This document shows, in pieces, positions 34,413 through 49,289 of a stretch of DNA of 64,000 nucleotides. Location: NCBI RefSeq assembly GCF_030028105.1, contig NC_092380.1, positions 82,581,717-82,645,716 of the forward strand, written 5' to 3'. Source of the DNA: Mobula birostris (taxonomy: Eukaryota). The position numbers and the translations under genes were made by a program. Each line of letters begins with the position of its first letter. The stretch's first letter is position 1. Under the pieces are notes generated by a model, which worked only from the letters and a program-made list of their open reading frames with translations, was not told the origin of the DNA and did no database searches.

Positions 34413-37400
34413 GTTGAGTTCCTGAATTTGAAGTTGGTTCTAAGTCTTTTTAACCACAGGAGACGGAACAGTCTGTAATGTGGTGGCTTATTGTGGCCAT
34501 ATCTGGGAGACAGAGTTGATGTTGAAGACGTCCCAGAGGTGTGATTAAGAGAATAGGATCAGTGTATGATGGGCAAGGTCAGCTGATAAACATATGTATT
34601 AGCTGTAATCGAAGCAGGAAGTGATCACAAATCAGTGAGTCTTTCTGTATTTGGATTTTGTTTGGTAATCATAGAAAGCAGGAACTTTGGTTAGATTCTC
34701 TGCCTGAAAGATGAGGTAATTTTTCAATGAAGGAGAGATAGCTCTCTTTCCCTCATTAGTGAGAGAGAGAGCCCGTTGGGATGTTGAAGTGTTAGGATGG
34801 ACAGTCGTTTTTGATGTCATGGTCTCTGGGGGTTTGCTATTGCTTGGGTTGGGGGGTGGCTGATGCTTTTGCTGAAGTAAGTGGGGGGGGGGAGTGTAGA
34901 TGCTTTTTCTGCCGCTTGTGCGTGGGTGGGGCTTTGGTGTTCTAATGTTTTCCTGTCATTCATTCTTTGTTTTTGTTTCTCTCTTGTGGATGTCTTCGAA
35001 GAGAAAGGATTTCAGGTTGTATACTGTATACATCCTTAGTTATTAAGTTGAACCATTGAACTATTCATGTTTTATTTCCTGAGTGCTAAATTAAAATATT
35101 TCAAAATCAACCAAACATGTTTATTGTTGGAAGGATAATGATGATGATCCTCAGTGCTGGTTGATTGACACCACAAAAGTCCATGGTGATGTACTGTATT
35201 ATGATGCTTCTCTGAATAGGTGTCCTTATTTCCTTGACAAAAATGTATTTGGCTGCTTTTAAATTTTATGTTATTATTTCATAATGAAAATGGAAGATAA
35301 ATGCAGCCAGTGATTACTGCAGCCAATACTAATCCAATGGCTCAAAGTGATCCTTCCCATCAGGAGAGCATAAAGACCTATGAAAGCATGGGGAGCACTG
35401 ATAGAGTTTCACCATTGTCCAGCTCAGCATTGAGAAATGACTACTTCCAACACTCAGGCCTCTTGCTTCAACATGTGCTGTTTCCATAGCACTGGGTCTG
35501 GGTCCCAAAATAGGCAGCAGCAAGTTTGATTCTCCTAAGTTTTTATATATAGTTTTGCTGTTAATTTCTGATACCATTCTTGGAACATTTTGTTTCATTG
35601 TTATTAACTTCGTAGGAGATCTGCTAGTGTTTTTATGTGTAAAATTGTTTTTTTTTGTAGTTTATATCATACTTTGTATAGATATTACATTGCAACATTA
35701 TTTTTGCCTCTGGACACTTTTCTTTTAAAATGACAACCAGCACCTACAGTTAAATAATTTCTGGTTCTGAAAGCTGAGCTACACTTCTATTAGTAGGCTT
35801 TTACGAACACAATAAATTGCAGACAGCATATACCATTAGCATGTTTGGAGATATGGCAAAGAGCTTTTAAAAATTTGGTCATGTGTGATAAATGTCCTAA
35901 CATCTAAATATAAAAGAAAATCACATCTTGTAATGTCAGAGGAATAGAGTTAGGCCCAGAATACAAATATAGTGTGTCACAAATACTTTATTTACTTAGT
36001 AGAGAATTCTTTTCTTAGTGCCAGTGTATTTTCCTTCGATTACTCTGAAAAGAAATATAAACGTACCAGATCCCAAAAAATAAATATTAGCACATTCATG
36101 TTTAACCATGTCCTGCAATGTAAAATCAAGAACTAACTGAATACAACCATTGGAGTCTTCAGATAGGTGGTCATCATTGTAGTATATTGGCATCAAAAAG
36201 CTGGAAGGAGGCTCTTACAAGTAATGTGCACACAAGTTAATGTTATTGCTCTATTGAAGGACTGAAAGAATGTGATTAAGGGAAAAAAAAACAAATATCC
36301 TTTATTGCATGAGGACAATGCAAATTTTAATTGTTCTCAGCTGAAATCTGATTTGGTAATGGGCAATACACATGGTTCCCTTTAGGTAGTTTGTATTTTA
36401 TGACAAATGTAATTCATTAATTTTGTTAAAGTAATGGATAATCTCGCATTGATAAACTTTTTCGGAGAATACGGAGCTGTAATGCAGGATTTTGACTCAA
36501 AATATCAACAACTCCTTTCCTACCACAGAAGTTGCTTGACTTGCTGAGTTTCTCCAGCAGCTTGTCTGTTGCTCTTTTTTAAAGACACATATGGAATTTA
36601 TATTTATTTTGTTGAATACAGTGCTCATAAGAGCCACGGCAATTAGATGTAATTGTAGTGCTGTCTGTAGTGTTAGTTTATCATCTCTGTTTTTAGCATT
36701 TCGCTCGGATACAAAGCAAATTTTGCAATTAATCAATATTCAATAGGTCAAAAACGGTTTTCAATGTTAATTAATAGGATCAGTGTTTATTCACAGCATC
36801 TATTTATCTAAAGGTCGTAGAAGATGTTAGGCAGCTCATAAAAAAGACAAAAAGTTCTGGAGTTACCCTGCAGGTCATTCATTATCTGTTATGAGAGAAA
36901 TTGAGTAAATGTCTCGAGTTGAATATCCTTCATTATCATTTTGTGGATTATTGCAGCTCGTGGAGGATGTTATGATGAACGTGCCTCAGCATGCATTTTG
37001 AAAATTCTGTGTATTGAAATGTATTCTGTCAAAATTTGCTCTGGTTTTTTAAAATAAAGATTTCAAACTTTCAAATAGTTGTTTATGAGTAATTTGTAAC
37101 TTACAGCACCAATGATGTATTCGGCATTTCTACAATTCAAGTGGTGTTTTGTGACTGAGAAAGTTGGCTGCAGAAAACAGAATGACATCTATACCTCAGA
37201 TCCCTTAGACTCGCAGAGGTCTTATTTGTTATGTCCTGAACAGAATTTGCTTAGGGTCTCATTTCACTGCGACTGGTGACCTACAATTGCTGTTCCCTTA
37301 CTGCTATGTGCTGTCTGTTGCATCAAAATATTAGTTGGATCCAATACCCATGTTCGGAAAAGAAGACAATCACAAAGCAGGGATAGTGAGCGTGGGGAAC

Positions 37401-40400
37401 ATTAAATGGGACAGTGAATCCAGGAAGAATGCTCCTTCACTACTGCTGTGTGAATCTATCACAAAATGACCTAGGTTAGGAATTCATTACGCAACTTTTA
37501 ATTAATTCAAAGCTTGCACTTTACTGTCTCTACCCAAATATTAACATAACTATGTTGACCTCAGGCCAACAATTTATGTTATGAATGCTATTGTTCCCTT
37601 TGTTCCAATACTCACTCAGATCACCACTCCAATTTATTATGCAATGGGATCTCCCATTAGCCAAATGATTGATCCTTCTTACCCCTGCTCCTGGCATGGT
37701 GGGGGGAAGGTCTTCCTTCCAATAGTTAGTCTCCAGGCTTCTTGCTGTTTCCCCTCATTCCTATTCTCTTTCCTTACCAGTTCAAAATGTTGTGTTTTGA
37801 TTCTGGTCTATCTGGCTAATGTGTGTCAGATTCAGTTTATAGTCTTCTTACAAGTAATGGCTTGTATTAATGCCTTTTTCTTTGTTCTCCCTGAATCAGA
37901 GCGGTTGAGACAGATCAGCCAGTTCCTAGATTCAGGTTACCTCAGGTCACAGACAGAGCATGCACATTCTTAAACATGAATGTTCTATCTTATCAAAGAA
38001 ACATCACTAATTCTTATTTGGATATTACCTCTAGTTATCAGTAGGTTATAAGTAGGGACCTCATTGTGTCCACTTTTAAGTGGTGTGTTCCAGCTATTCC
38101 TAACTGCAACCTGTCAACAAAATAGAGGTTGCAGATCAGTCTCACAAAATGGCAACCTCCATTCCTTCCACCACATGGCAAGAATAAAGACATTTGACTT
38201 GTCTACTTCCACTGTCTTTGACTTATTTCATTTAGATGTTTTCTTCCATATTTTTCATGCATGTTTCTTGAGAATTTTCTAGCAATCACCTTAAGCACTT
38301 CAAGTTAGATGATTCAATACTTAGTTCAACTTGAACAAACATGAAGGATATTTGCTCTATTCCTTTGTTCCTTTAATGACAAATTCTGCAGTTAGGATCA
38401 GGAGTGTCTGATTAAACTATTGGTCTTGTAATTTAAAGGTCTGGATTAAATAAAAGACAAGCCCCAATAATGATAAACATGAAGCTAACAGGTTGATGTA
38501 AATACACAACGGTTTACTAATAACTGCTCTACATGTCTTATCTGGCCTTTGAAGTAGCCTGGGAAGAAATTTGGACTGGATTAGCTGGATCCTTCAGACA
38601 CAGCTGCCAAAGTGGATATCTGATAGGTCTGCAGAGGCAGTTAATACACCAGGATGAGGGCTAAACCAAACTGACCTCATCCTCATCAATCTACATGTTA
38701 CTGATCTTTCTGCCCGTGACTTCCAGACAGTTCTTGTAGCGACAAAGTCTCATTTGCACACTGAAGAGACCATTCTGTTGATGGTAGACTATGAGAAGAT
38801 AAAAGCAGAACTAAGCTATTCAGCCTCTCTTGTCTACTCGGTCATTCAATGATATCATGGATAAACCTATACCTCAGTGTTACTCCCCTGCACTGACTTC
38901 AGATTCCTTGATTCATTTAACATCTAAACATTCATTGATCTCCATATTAAATATTCTCAGTGACTGAACTTCAACAGTTATACTGTGACTGGAAAAACTT
39001 CCAGTACCTACAATGAGTAACAACAAAGGTCCAGTGATATACTTCCACATCAGGTTGGGGAGTGATTTGAAGAGAACCTACAAATGACCGTGTTTCCTTT
39101 CAACCTGCTGCCTTAACCTTGTTATGAGGTGCTGTCAGAGCAGACTGGGTGAGCTACTGCAGTGCAGGGCATTTTGAAGATGGTACATGCCTGTCACAAT
39201 ATCAGCAATGGAGGGAACAATTGTTTTGAGTGGTTGATGGGATGTCAATCAAATGGGCCACCGAATACATTGATTTTCTTGAGGGTTGTGGCACTGCACA
39301 CATCCAGGCATGTAGAGTATTCCATCGCACTCCTGATGTGTGCTTAGTAAATGGAAGAATGCTTGCTTAGTGCCAGGAGGTAAGCTACTAGTAGAGTTAA
39401 GCAACACAGAAGCAGGCCCATTAGCTCAACTTGTCCATGCTGACCAAGTTGCCTATTTGAGCTAGTCCCATATGTCCCGCTAAACCCTTACTATCCCTGT
39501 CCAAATGTCTCTTACACCTTATAATTATATCTGCCTCTATCATTTCCAGTGGCAGCTTGTTTCATACACCCACCAACCTCTGAAAAATAAACCCCTCAGG
39601 TCACCATTAAATTCTTCCCCTCTCACTTTAAACTGGTACCCTGTAGTTTTAGACACCTCTATCCCGTGAAAGAGACTGTTACTAACACCACATAAAGATT
39701 CTAAAAGACCTGACTTGCTAGATTTTCTGCACATACTATTCTTTGCAGTTTTCATCATGATTTGGAAGTGTAATGATTAGAAAAGGTTTGAATTTGGTGA
39801 TTAAAAAATTCAAACAATCAACAAAGGGCAATACAAATTGAGTTGTGAATATTAGGCTTGGAGATGTGGGATGATGGAATAAAATTATTAATTGTAGTCT
39901 TCCTTGGAAAGCAAGGAACATTTTAAAGTTAAAGAAAGAGGCTTATGCTTGCCCCAGATTATTCAGTCTCTGACTTGCTCTTACATCTCTACTTCAGGTT
40001 GTTTTCTGATTGATGATGGCCCCCAGTGTATTGATGATGAGAAATCTGGTGATGGTAATGCCAGTTTTTGTCAATGGTGGGTACTTAGAGTCTTGGATGG
40101 TCAGTGTCTGGTCCTTCTATGCCATGAATGGCTCTTGCCACTTATCCCAAGTGTTGTCTAGATTTGCTGCAGTTATAGATTGCCTTGTGTGATGATGAGT
40201 TGTGAATGGTGAAATCATCAGCAACATTTCCTCTTCTGACCTAATGTTGAAAGAATGGTCACTGATGAAAGAGATGATGATGGTTAAACCTAGCGTATAG
40301 TCCTGAGGAACGCTGGCAGTTATGTCCTAAGGTGGGCTGATCCTACAACCTAAAACATTTTTCTTTTTGTGAGGTATGACTCCAACTTCATGAGTGTTTT

Positions 40401-40879
40401 ACTAGTTATTTTTGATGCTGCATTCTGTTAAATTCTGTCTTAACAGCAAGAACAGTAGCTCTCAGCTTGCCTCAGGAATTCAGAAAATTGGCCCATGTTT
40501 GGACCAAGGTTGTATGAGGTCCGGTGTTGAGTGGTTTTGGCAGGACCCAAACTGGGTATCATTCAATAGGGTGCTGGTGTGTAAGTGCCACTTGATAGGA
40601 TTGTTGACGACAGCTTCCATCACATTGCTGGTGACTGAATGTAGAGTACGTAGGTGGTAATTAGCTGGGCTGGAATTGATCTGTTCTTTGTGAAGAGAGA
40701 AATACCCTGGCAATTGTTCACAACATTGCAGAGATGCCAGAGTTATAACTGCCCAGGAATATACTGTAGCTACTTGGAGCATAGGTCTTCGGTGTTACAA
40801 CTGAGATGTTGAATGGTCCATAGCTTTTGCTGTATCTGTGCTCTCAGCCATTTCTCGGAGTGAATTGAATTGGGGAAGA

Positions 40880-43110
40880 TACGGTGTGTACAAAAGGGAT
40901 GAGGGGGTACAAAATCCTTGCAGGCAAATTTGCTAAAGCTGTTTGGGAGGGTTTAAACTAGCTTGGCAGGGCAATGGGACCCAGAGTGATAGTGCTGAGG
41001 ATGAGGTAGTTAGCTTATAAACAAAGGTAATCTGTAATGAGACTCCCAGAAAGGAGAGGCTGATGACAGCGTAGAATTGCAGTTAACAGGATGAGTGGCA
41101 ATGGAAAAGGCAGACAATATTGAAAAGGGTGAATACAGGACTGAAGATGTTGAATGAGCAGTATATAGAATAAGGCAGTTTAACTTGTAGCACAGTGACA
41201 GATTGGCATGTATGATGTTGTAGTTATCACTGAATCATGGCTGTAAGAAGATTATAGCTGGGAGCTTAGTGTCCGAGGATACACATTGTATCGAAAGGAC
41301 AGCAGGTAGGCAAAGGGGGTGACGTGGCTCTGTTAGTAAATAAATGAATCAAATCATTAGAAAGAGGTGGCATAGGGTTGGAAGGTATTGAATCATTGTG
41401 GGTAGAGCTAATGAACTGCAAGGGTAAAAAGACCCTGATGGGAGTTATATACAGACCCCAAACAGCAGTAAGGATGTGGTCTACAAATTACAACGGGAGA
41501 TAGAAAATGCATGCCAAAAGGGCAACATTACAATAGCCATGGGGAACTTTGATGTGTAGGTAGATTGGGAAAATCAGGTTGGTGCTGGAGAATGAATTTC
41601 TAGAACGCCTATGAGATGGCCTTTTAGAGCAGCTTGTGATTGAGCCCACTAGAGTAGCAAATATTCTGGATTGTGTGTTGTGCAATGAATCAGAAATGAT
41701 TAGAGAGCTTAAGGTAAAAGAACCTTTAGGGGAAGCGATCATAATATGATCGAATTCACCCTGAAATTTGAGAAGGAGAAGCTAACGTCAGATGTATCAG
41801 TATTACAGTGGAGTAAAGGGAATTACAGAGGCATGAGAGAGGAGTTGGCAGAAATTGAATGGAAAACAACACTGGCAGGGATGATGGCAGAAAGGCAATC
41901 GCTGGAATTTCTGGAAGCAATTCAGAAGGCACAGGATATATACATATCAAAAAGGAAGAAGTATTCTAAAGGCAAGATGACACAACCATGGCTATAAGAG
42001 CAGTCAAAGCCAACATACAAGCCAAAGAGAAGGCATATAATAGAACAATAATTAGTGAGAAGTTAGAGAATTGGGGAACTTTTAAAAATCAACAGGAGGC
42101 AACTAAAAAAGTCATTAAGAAATAAAAGATGGAAGATGAAAGTAAGCCAGCCAATAATATTAAAGAGGATACCAAAAGATTCTTCAGATACAGTACTTAA
42201 AGCGAGGTAAGAGAGGATTTCAGACCACTGGAAAATGATGCTGGAGAGCTAGTAATGGGGGTTAAGGAAATGGTGGACAAACTGTCAACTGATGGACTTA
42301 GACAGATTAGGAAAATGGACAAATAAATAGCAGATGGAATACAGTGTTGGGAAGTGTATGGTCATGCACTTTGGTAGAAAAAATTTCTATTTTCTAAATG
42401 GAAAGAATATACAAAAAACAGAGGCACAAAGGAACTTGGGAGTCCTTGTGCAGGATTCCCTAAAGATTGATTTGCAGGTTGATGAGGAAGGCAAATGCAA
42501 TGTTAGCATTTATTTCAAGAGCACTAGAATATAAAAGCAATGATGTAATGTTGGGACTTTATATAGCGCCGGTGAAGACTCACTTGGAGTATTGTGAAAC
42601 TGGAGAGGGTTCAAAGGACGTTCACAAAAATGATTCCAGGATTGAATGGCTTGTCATATGAAGAGCGTTTGATGGCTCTGGGCCTGTATTCACTAGATTT
42701 CAGAAGAATGAGGTGTGATCTCATTGAAACCTATTGAATGGCAAAAGGCCTTGATAGAGTGGATGTGGAGAGAAGATGTCTCCTGTGGTGGGAGAGCCCA
42801 CAACCAGAGTACACAGCATCAGAATAGAGGGGCATCCTTTTAGAATGGAGGTGAGGGGAATTTCTTTAGACAGAGAGTGGTGAATCTGTGGAATTCTTTG
42901 CTACAGGCAGCTGTGGATGTCAAGGCTTTATGTATACTTAAGGCAGAGGTTAATAGATTCTTGATTGGTCAGGGAATGAAGGAATATGGGGAGAAGGCAG
43001 GAGACTGGATCCGAGAGGAAAATTGAATCAGCCATGATGAAATGGCAGAACAGACTTGATGGGCCAAATGGCCTAATTCTGTTCCTACATCTTATGGTTT
43101 TATGGTCTTA
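40880..43110 (+). mobile_element. Degenerate CR1 LINE in the RAG1-RAG2 intergenic region
   Basis: Endonuclease remnants (GVIYRP, NILDCVLCN), internal deletion, then QMEYSVGKCMVMHFG and the CR1 3' end. Confidence 0.85.
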
Positions 43111-46100
43111 TGGTTATGTGATGGGAGCATGTTGAATTAGGATCTTGGTCTTCCTGTTTTTACGATATACTTCAGTAAATAATTCTGGTTTAAGATGGCG
43201 CTGGTGAAGCTCAGTGACTACTTACTGGTGGCAGACAAAACAAGAAATAGGACTAACACTTTTTCTTGTAAAGTCTATGGTAAACCATCACCACAAGCAA
43301 TGGTGAGGTGAGTGCAGGCGAGGCTGAATCTCGGGTCGAGGCACACGGGTGCAAGGCAAAGTCGAGGTGACCGTCGAGGCATGTTTGAGGCAAAGTCATC
43401 GTGAGTGGAGTGGAGCCTTCATTCATTTAATGTTTTGTAAAATACACATTCCTGAAATCCTTTATTTTCTAATACAGTCTTGAGGCCCATCCATCTAAAC
43501 TGAGAGCGAGGTTACATTGAACTAAGCACCAGGCTGATTTGGAAATCTCTGGTACAGGCTGAAATGTGGTGGCAGGGTTCAGGCATGACACATATCAATG
43601 TGACACCACCTGTGTCCTAGTGCGGGGAGCAACCTGATGTTTGGATGATTTAAACGCTAGGCCAGATGGATTGAAGGGGCAGAATGACGGGACAAGAGGG
43701 AAGGGTCGGGCTGGTTCTGCTTGCTGCTCTGTGACACTTACTTGGTTCTGTGCTGAACTGAGTCTGGGGCTGTGGCCTGCACTGGCTGCTCCAGGCTCCA
43801 TGTCTGAGGGTTCCACGACATTTATTTGGTGCTGTGCTGAACTGAGGCCGTGGGCCTGCTCTGACTGCTCCAGGCCACGTGTCTATGGACTCACTTTTGT
43901 TCTGAATGCTATTTGCTTATTTCTATTGCTTGCACTTTTTTTTTCCTCTGCACAACGGGTGTTTGATGGTCTTTTTTTATGGGTTCTTATGAGTTTCTTT
44001 GTGGCTGTCTGTAAGGAAATGAATCCCAAGGATGTATATTGTATTCATACTTTAATAATAAAAATGTACTCTGAACTTTGAACTTTGAAATAATTTAGAG
44101 CTCAGCCAATTTGACTGAAGTTTTATGACTTTCAAATAAGCACAGAAAATGCTGGAACTACTCAAAAATCAAGTCACACCTGTGAAAAGAAAAACAAAGT
44201 TAATGTTTCACATTGGAGACTCTTTTGGAATTTCATCAGAGGAACATCTTCATCTGCTCAAGAAAGCTTGTTATTTTTCAGCTCTACAGCCTCTTGTTTT
44301 GCTGGAATAATATTAAAGTTGTAATGAGTAGCCTTCTATGGAATGGAACAAGGACACTCACATCAAAGGCAGTCTTGCCCGAAGGGGCTTTGAATTTCTT
44401 CTTCTATTACTTACTGGTTGCTCCTGTTCTTGATAATCTCTCATCTTTAGCTCTAGTGGGGTTAGCTCTTTGGGCTAAAGGTTGTTTTGGTTAGCCATGG
44501 TTATCAACTAGCTGCTGGACCTTTTGTGATTTTCTATACATCTTCTGTTCATTAGATTATTTGCAATATTTTTGCTGGACTTCTAGATATAAGCTTGTTT
44601 AACATATTGTGCATGTGCAGAAACTTTCTCTAACTAAATATTGGGAAGTTTGACTGCTTGGTCCCCTCTATATGCCCTGTGCCTTGACCACTGACTCTAT
44701 CTTCTGGAATCTCTCCTGGTATTATATTCAACTCAAAGATTAATTCCTGACCACATCCCTGCTTTCCTCTCTCAGTTCCTCAACTGCTGAAACTCTGATT
44801 CGAACTCCTGTTATGACGTGACCTTTTCAATGCATCGTGATCATCTTAATCCATTATGTCTGTGCTCATCGAATGTCTCAATTTAAAATAATCACCCTTG
44901 TTTTGCTTTCATATCTTACTGGCCTATAATTCTTCAAGATATATGTGCTCCTACAATTGTGATCTTTTGCACATCCCCAGTATCAATTCCACCTCAATGT
45001 GTAAGAATGCATTTAGATTCCAAGTCACTTGGCTCCGGAAAGCTCTCCCTAAACCTCTCCCCCTCTCCTTGTTTTTGTTTGTTTGTCACCTTCCAAAATG
45101 CTCTAGATAATGGCATGAATTGAATGCTGGCAAATGTAGCACTGCTGCTTTATAAGTGGAAGAATGTGAAATTATTCACTTTGGTAGGGAAAAACAAAGG
45201 CAGATTTATTTCAAAGGCTTGAAATACAAAGGGACCTGTAAATCTTGTACACCTGTGACTGAAAGTAAACATGCAGGTGCAGCAAGCTGTTAAGAAGAGA
45301 ACTAGTGTGTTGCCTTTCATTGGCTTTGAGGTTTTGTGACCACACCTGGAGTATTGCACACAGTTTTTTGTCTCTTTACCTAAGAACGATATAGAAGGAG
45401 CACCATAAAGGTTTACTAAATTTATTCCTGGGATGGTGAGGCAGTTGTATGAAGAGACATTTGGTTGATTACATTTACACTCAGAAGAATTTAAAAGAAT
45501 GAGAGGGTGTCTCATTGAAATTAACAGGTCTTGACAGATGGGACACAGGGAAGGTAATTCCTATGGCTCAAGAGAGGGGTCTACAACTTGAGGTCACACT
45601 CAAAATGCATAGTAAATATCTAGGATTGAGATGAGAAACTTCTTCACTTGGAGGCTGGTGAACCTAAGGCATTGTCATCCACAGGAGAATATGATATGAA
45701 TATGCCATTACTGAAGAAAGAAACTGACAGATTTCTAGATACAAAGGAATGAGAGATTGCAGGAATATGGTATTGAGATAGAAAATCAAATTAATGGGAT
45801 TAGCGTAGATGGACAAATGTGTTGATGCGGATGTGGTAGACTGAATATTTTGATCTTCTTCGTCTAGTTGTTTGTTAAACCTACTATTTTGGCCAAGTTT
45901 TTTTGTCATCTTCCCTTACATTTCGTTCCATGGCTTAGTGTTAACTTTTTTTTGGAATGGGGCTTTGTTGGTGTGTTATGTCAGATTATTGTTATGATAG
46001 TATAAGGAGAATTATTTTGAACAAGACAAACAACTTAAATTAAATATCCAAATAATCTCCATAGAAAAGCTTTTAATAACGCAAGATATTTGGCAGAGAA

Positions 46101-47335
46101 GCTCATGGAAGGAATTCCAGATCTTAAGTGCAAGGATGCCAATGCTGGAATAATCAAAATCAGAGATGCTGGATTTTTAAATATGCGCAGAACTATTGGG
46201 AATCTTTGGAATGTTGTATTATCAGTGGAAATTACGAAATGAGAGAAGGTGCTGCCAAGGAAAGATTTGGAAGTGAAGATCAGACACTTAAAATTGAGTG
46301 GTTGTTAGACTAGGAAACCAAAATAGGTTAGTGATCACATGTGGTAGGTGAATGTGTCTTGACCTAAGTCAGGATTTGGCATGGGAGTTTATTACGTATG
46401 AATGCTGTTAGATCGTAGGGATAAGACATTAAGTATCGTACTTGCTAGTATTGAGATTGGCAATACTAAACACATGAACATGTCTGGAGAGAATTTAGAA
46501 AACTGTAACACAGCAATTATAACTGGAAACTATTAGAAATGAATCTTCGGGATGTATATCCAAGACAGATGGAGCAAGGGAATGAACGGAAAGTTGAGAT
46601 TCATCACATTCCAGTAGATGACCGATTTTCTGAGCTTTATGTAACCTTACACTCTCCATTGAATTCTGAGTATCAGAGCTTTCAGTAAATGAAATTTATT
46701 GTGTCGATCTTTAAAAGTCTCAATTCAAAGGGTAATTATCATTTTTATTTCTAGGTAACATTAACACCACAGAAGTAAAGTTAATAATCATTGAATTAAC
46801 AAGCAGAGCAATAAAATGAAATTTGTAATCAGTTTCTTTAAAAATCCATTTCTGCATCAAATGTTGCATTCAAGGCAATAACACCAAAGAAACACTAAAG
46901 CTAACATTACAAAATAGCTTATGATCAAACAATAAAAAAACTTCTTGGTCTTCCATACATCATTTAAATGTTGGATCTTATTACACAAAAGGTTTTATTG
47001 CATTTTAATGTATTTTACTGTGTTTTATAGTATTTTGAGCACCTTTGGCAATTTAGTTTAGTAGTCTCATTTGAGTAAATGGTGTCTTTTGTTAAATCAG
47101 ATAATTTATATTTATGTTCAAAAAGAAAGAACTTAGACATTGTTATCAGTAAATGATAAGAAGCTAATTCAGGTTGCTGGTTGCTGCCTTTGCATTCCAG
47201 AAAATAATGCTTGTTACTTTTGTAGGGTAGCAAACCTAAATAACCTAAAAATCAGTATGCTGAGATATGAACATTAAGAATGCTATTTTTTCATAAATTT
47301 CTAAACATAGAATTAATTATACATTTCTAACAATT

Positions 47336-48895
47336 TTAATCAAACAGTCTCTTCAGAAAGCTCTTCTTCATTGGCACCCTTTTCAGTGTTGCCGGTGACT
47401 TCTTACGGGGGGATTTTATTGGCGTTCGCTTTATCTGCTTTGTCTTGAGTGGAGTTTTAATTCCTCTGTCAATATAATGTTCATTGCAAAAGTACTTTAT
47501 GTTCTCCTGAGAAAACTGAATCAGCTGCATTTCTGTGAGATTCATGCACTGAGCGTGTACCCAGTGTCCATCATCACCTGCATTCGAGCAGAAGATCATT
47601 GCAGGTTTATTGAGTTCTGTAGAGTAATAAGGCACCCAGATCTTAATGTTCATATTGCAGTTGGCACTGCATTTAATCCAATAACCTTCTTCATCAGCAT
47701 CATCCGTGTTTTCCACATCATCAGAGGGATCTGCTTCCACATCAAAGCGAAATTCTTCCGAATCTTCAAATGTGCTGTATTCCTCAGGATCAGTAAAGGA
47801 TTCCTGGCTGGCAGACATCTGGCTTTCTTCTTTAGGCTGTCCAAAATTTGCAATGTAGAAGTAGTGTGCAATTGGTGTATCTTGTTTCGTTTCTCCAGGA
47901 ATTCCTATTAACACTGCACTACTTCCCATATCACTGCCAAACCAGGTTTTGCTTGCTTTGATATCATTAGTCCATGCTGGGGGTTCTTTTTCCAAAATCT
48001 GAATGTTATTATTCTCCAGAATGACAGTGTTACAAATCATCCGCTTCTGACTCTCAGATTCATAGCCACCAACAATGATGAACTCATCTGTGCCAGCCTG
48101 GGTCACGATTGCACTTGATACAGAGATACCTCCATGTAGTATTGTACATTTCACACTTGGATGAATGTCTGAAAGATCTACTTTTAGACTAAGCAATCTT
48201 GCAGGACGATTATTGTTTTTAATAGAATGACCACCTAATATGTAGATGGTTTCAAGTTTTGAAATGGCAACATGGAATGAAAAGCCCTCTTCTATTTCTG
48301 GAATTACGTGGGATGTGCAATGGCCGGTATTCATATCAATCAGAAATACCTCAGGTGAACAATCCACCAGGCTATTCCAGTTTTCTGTAGTTCTTTGTCC
48401 AGGAGCCTGGTACGATCTACCACCAAACAGGGCACATATAGTTTCTCCCTTGTCCTGAATCACATTGATGGTGTGGCCATATCTTCCACTGGGAACATCT
48501 CCTGTTAGTTTCTTTTCAGTGCATTGAAGAGACGTTCGCTTTTTGGCAGCATTGTCATAAACCATCATGACATAAAGTGTATTAGGCAGCTCGTTATTTG
48601 GAGTTCTCCCACCATGAATGAGGTAAGAAAGGCTTCCTGCCTCTGAGGGATCTGAGTAATGAGTTACTGCAGGCCGACGCAGTGGTGGGAGATAGCATGA
48701 TTCAGATGAAAATGAAACAGGTTTAAGTTTCAGCTGGTGACTCTTGAGATGAAGAAGGAAAACACCTGTGTTGCAGGATCTTTTAGGCCATCCTTTCTGT
48801 CCAAAAAGAAAGATTTCACTATGAAAATTCATTAAGGAGAATCCTGGGTGTATAAGGTTGGTATTGCTGTTCTCGGAAACCAATTGCAGGGTCAT
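47336..48895 (-). CDS. RAG2: Recombination activating gene 2, 519 aa
   Basis: MTLQLVS...HPGFSLMNF...FGQKGWPKRSC kelch core, acidic hinge (FEDSEEF), PHD (GYWIKC...PAMIFC...GHWVHAQC...YFCNEH) and C-terminal KKSFLKRLFD. A splice acceptor (tttcctttcaaag|) at 48921 puts the track's ATG at 48949 in the intron; the real ATG is 48895. Confidence 0.98.
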   Translation of the reverse strand: MTLQLVSENSNTNLIHPGFSLMNFHSEIFLFGQKGWPKRSCNTGVFLLHLKSHQLKLKPVSFSSESCYLPPLRRPAVTHYSDPSEAGSLSYLIHGGRTPNNELPNTLYVMMVYDNAAKKRTSLQCTEKKLTGDVPSGRYGHTINVIQDKGETICALFGGRSYQAPGQRTTENWNSLVDCSPEVFLIDMNTGHCTSHVIPEIEEGFSFHVAISKLETIYILGGHSIKNNNRPARLLSLKVDLSDIHPSVKCTILHGGISVSSAIVTQAGTDEFIIVGGYESESQKRMICNTVILENNNIQILEKEPPAWTNDIKASKTWFGSDMGSSAVLIGIPGETKQDTPIAHYFYIANFGQPKEESQMSASQESFTDPEEYSTFEDSEEFRFDVEADPSDDVENTDDADEEGYWIKCSANCNMNIKIWVPYYSTELNKPAMIFCSNAGDDGHWVHAQCMNLTEMQLIQFSQENIKYFCNEHYIDRGIKTPLKTKQIKRTPIKSPRKKSPATLKRVPMKKSFLKRLFD

Positions 48896-49289
48896 TGCTG
48901 CAGTAGAAAGCTGGCTGGACCTTTGAAAGGAAACTGAATACAAAATCATGTTAGAAATGAAAAGAAAATAAAGACCGCAATAATGCAGAACTGACCATGT
49001 ACAGACATTGCTATTAATCTATCATTTTTACAATAAGCCAATAATCAGTGCAACTTACTTTAAAACTGAATTATTTTGGGTTCATGATTTATTCATGAAA
49101 ACATTTGCAAAATGACCTTTTAACAAATAGTTATTGTATTCCACATTGTTAAATTCACTTTCCATAAATCTTCGTTCTGCCAACTCCATACCTTTTGAAT
49201 TCTAGCTAATGTTTTTTTTCTCTGTTTTAAAGTGTCATTCTTTTATTGAAACATCACTGGGAAGATATACAGATGATTTTTCAATCTCT

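Noticed and set aside
34452-34484. Two RUNX motifs just after the RAG1 stop, as a possible intergenic silencer
   Set aside because: Short motifs expected by chance, with no conservation evidence available.
35138-35215. C/D-box-like ATGATGA...CTGA spacing
   Set aside because: It lies in the probable RAG1 3' UTR rather than an intron, with no convincing terminal stem or guide sequence.
48896-48949. 18-aa N-terminal extension of RAG2 in the ORF track
   Set aside because: A strong splice acceptor at 48921 puts the upstream ATG in the intron; MTLQL aligns with the known RAG2 start.
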